This document shows positions 52,446 to 53,696 of a stretch of DNA of 53,696 nt, in pieces. Both the position numbers and the translations under genes were made by a program. This DNA is from Catajapyx aquilonaris (lineage: Eukaryota): the NCBI GenBank assembly GCA_000934665.2, contig JYFJ02002623.1:1-53696 (forward strand), given 5' to 3'. The notes beneath the pieces were generated by a model. That model was given only the letters and a program-made list of their open reading frames with translations, searched no databases and had not been told where the DNA came from. Every line of letters starts with the position of its first letter. Positions within the stretch are counted from its first letter, which is position 1.

Positions 52446-53503
52446 TGTGTCAGTGTTGAGCCGTGTAAAATCTATGCCGTGAGTCGTCATCAGGTGACAA
52501 TCGACTCTCGGGTTGCGTGTTATCGCAAAATATTTCACAAGAACAGGCGAAGGTTTTTTGGAGTTCGCACTTCGCAGTACGGAAGACTTGCCAAGAAAGC
52601 TGAAGTGATCTCTTGTGCGGAATTTTAGTGAGTATGTTTGCAGGGTGTAGTTCATAAGAGGCTCTTTATACTTGGCAACTTACTGCAGCACCTGGTTGCA
52701 ATGACAAAGTACTGCAAGATAGTTGCTGGGCCATCTGAAAAAATTAGAACGCATTGATGATTTATGCAAACAGGACGAACCAAAAATATAAGTTTGTGCA
52801 ACTCGTTGCAGTGATTAGTTACCTTTAGGATGAATAATGGTCCTGATGTAAGCCTTCTAAATTTGGCCTGTGCCACCTCCGCTTTTACCCAGAATGCCAT
52901 GCTAGACAGGTCCCTCACCCATCATTTTCACTTATATGATCGTACATCATCCACTGATAACTAAAGGATCTGTTGGGATGACCCCATGGAACTGGCCACC
53001 TCAAACCCCTTCCCTGCGTCTGCCCAGGGGCCTGCAGCGCTTTATTTCATAGATTTCAATTCCATTCCTTTATGGCATTATTCCACGACACCCAGTGATG
53101 ACCCGGTGCACATACCTGGCCATGTCTCCAGCAAACACACCTATAACCAGATGGGTTGCAGGAGAATTTTGGCAGGGTATAGGATAGAACTCCAAAGGCC
53201 CTTTGCCAGGAATAGCCTCGCAATTTGTTTCTGCTGTCTATAAGCCATACATTTGAAGATGTACAGTGTCATTTCTGCCTGAGAAAAATCGACGTTTGGT
53301 TCTGGGGTCAGAGTGGAGTAATCTGGTGGAGACTTGCTCTTGATCCAGGTTTACTCATCCTCATGATTTGAGCAGTCACTTTGTACACAGGTCTTAGACT
53401 CTTGAGTGTTTGGGAGTTCACTCTCAAGTAAACCTTGACCAGAATGAATTTTTGCATCGCCTTTCCATTTTCCTCCCTTCTCTATAGCACATGTTGCTGT
53501 ATA

Positions 53504-53696
53504 CAGGGTGTATCTGAACTCAGTGCCCCGACGTATATGACTGCCTTCCTAGCCACCAGAGGATCGATTTAAGTATAGGAGTCATTATGTTTGGCCGCTG
53601 CATTACGGAGATAATTGGCCGCAAACATGTAGTACAAAATATCCTATCGGTTAGGCCACCCATCGAACCCTCCCCCAGTCAGAAGGCTCTGGAAGG
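53504..53696. mobile_element. Second copy of the 22212-22635 MITE, inverted and truncated by the window end
   Basis: Matches the reverse complement of 22443-22635 with 5 mismatches in 193 nt (counted by eye) and is preceded by TA. Confidence 0.93.

Noticed and set aside
52650..53490. Exon-like minus-strand sequence with a donor near 52820 and an acceptor near 52735
   Set aside because: The frames I read contain stops and I recognise no family. It may be UTR or a decayed gene and needs a translated search.
1..53696. CRISPR array or prokaryotic operon/defence system
   Set aside because: No regularly spaced repeat-spacer array, and the genes have spliceosomal introns.

Overview
Eukaryotic, intron-rich genomic DNA, most likely from an arthropod (the recognisable genes resemble insect/crustacean mangetout and logjam). 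No prokaryotic features, CRISPR arrays or rRNA were seen. Bases 1-~32 kb are gene-poor. They hold one clear coding exon, the first coding exon of a mangetout-like class C GPCR (minus, 22943-23414), its >22.9 kb downstream intron, its upstream region and scattered MITEs. Bases ~32.2-52 kb are gene-dense: a tRNA-derived SINE with intact TSD; a putative orphan secreted-protein gene (minus, 32617-35364); a logjam-like p24/TMED gene (+, 38027-40288) preceded by a second, divergent signal-peptide plus half-GOLD exon (36011-36205) that is phase-compatible with the shared downstream exons; two inverted SLC25A35-like mitochondrial carrier paralogs flanking a C2H2 zinc-finger gene; and RPA3 (minus). Non-autonomous transposons of several kinds (Tc1/mariner, pogo, PIF/Harbinger, hAT, possibly Helitron) are present. 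The best lead is the p24 locus, with two candidate alternative first exons that swap half of the GOLD domain, lying head-to-head with the orphan secreted-protein gene. All gene models were built by hand from ORFs and GT-AG sites. Family calls rest on remembered motifs, and no database search was run.
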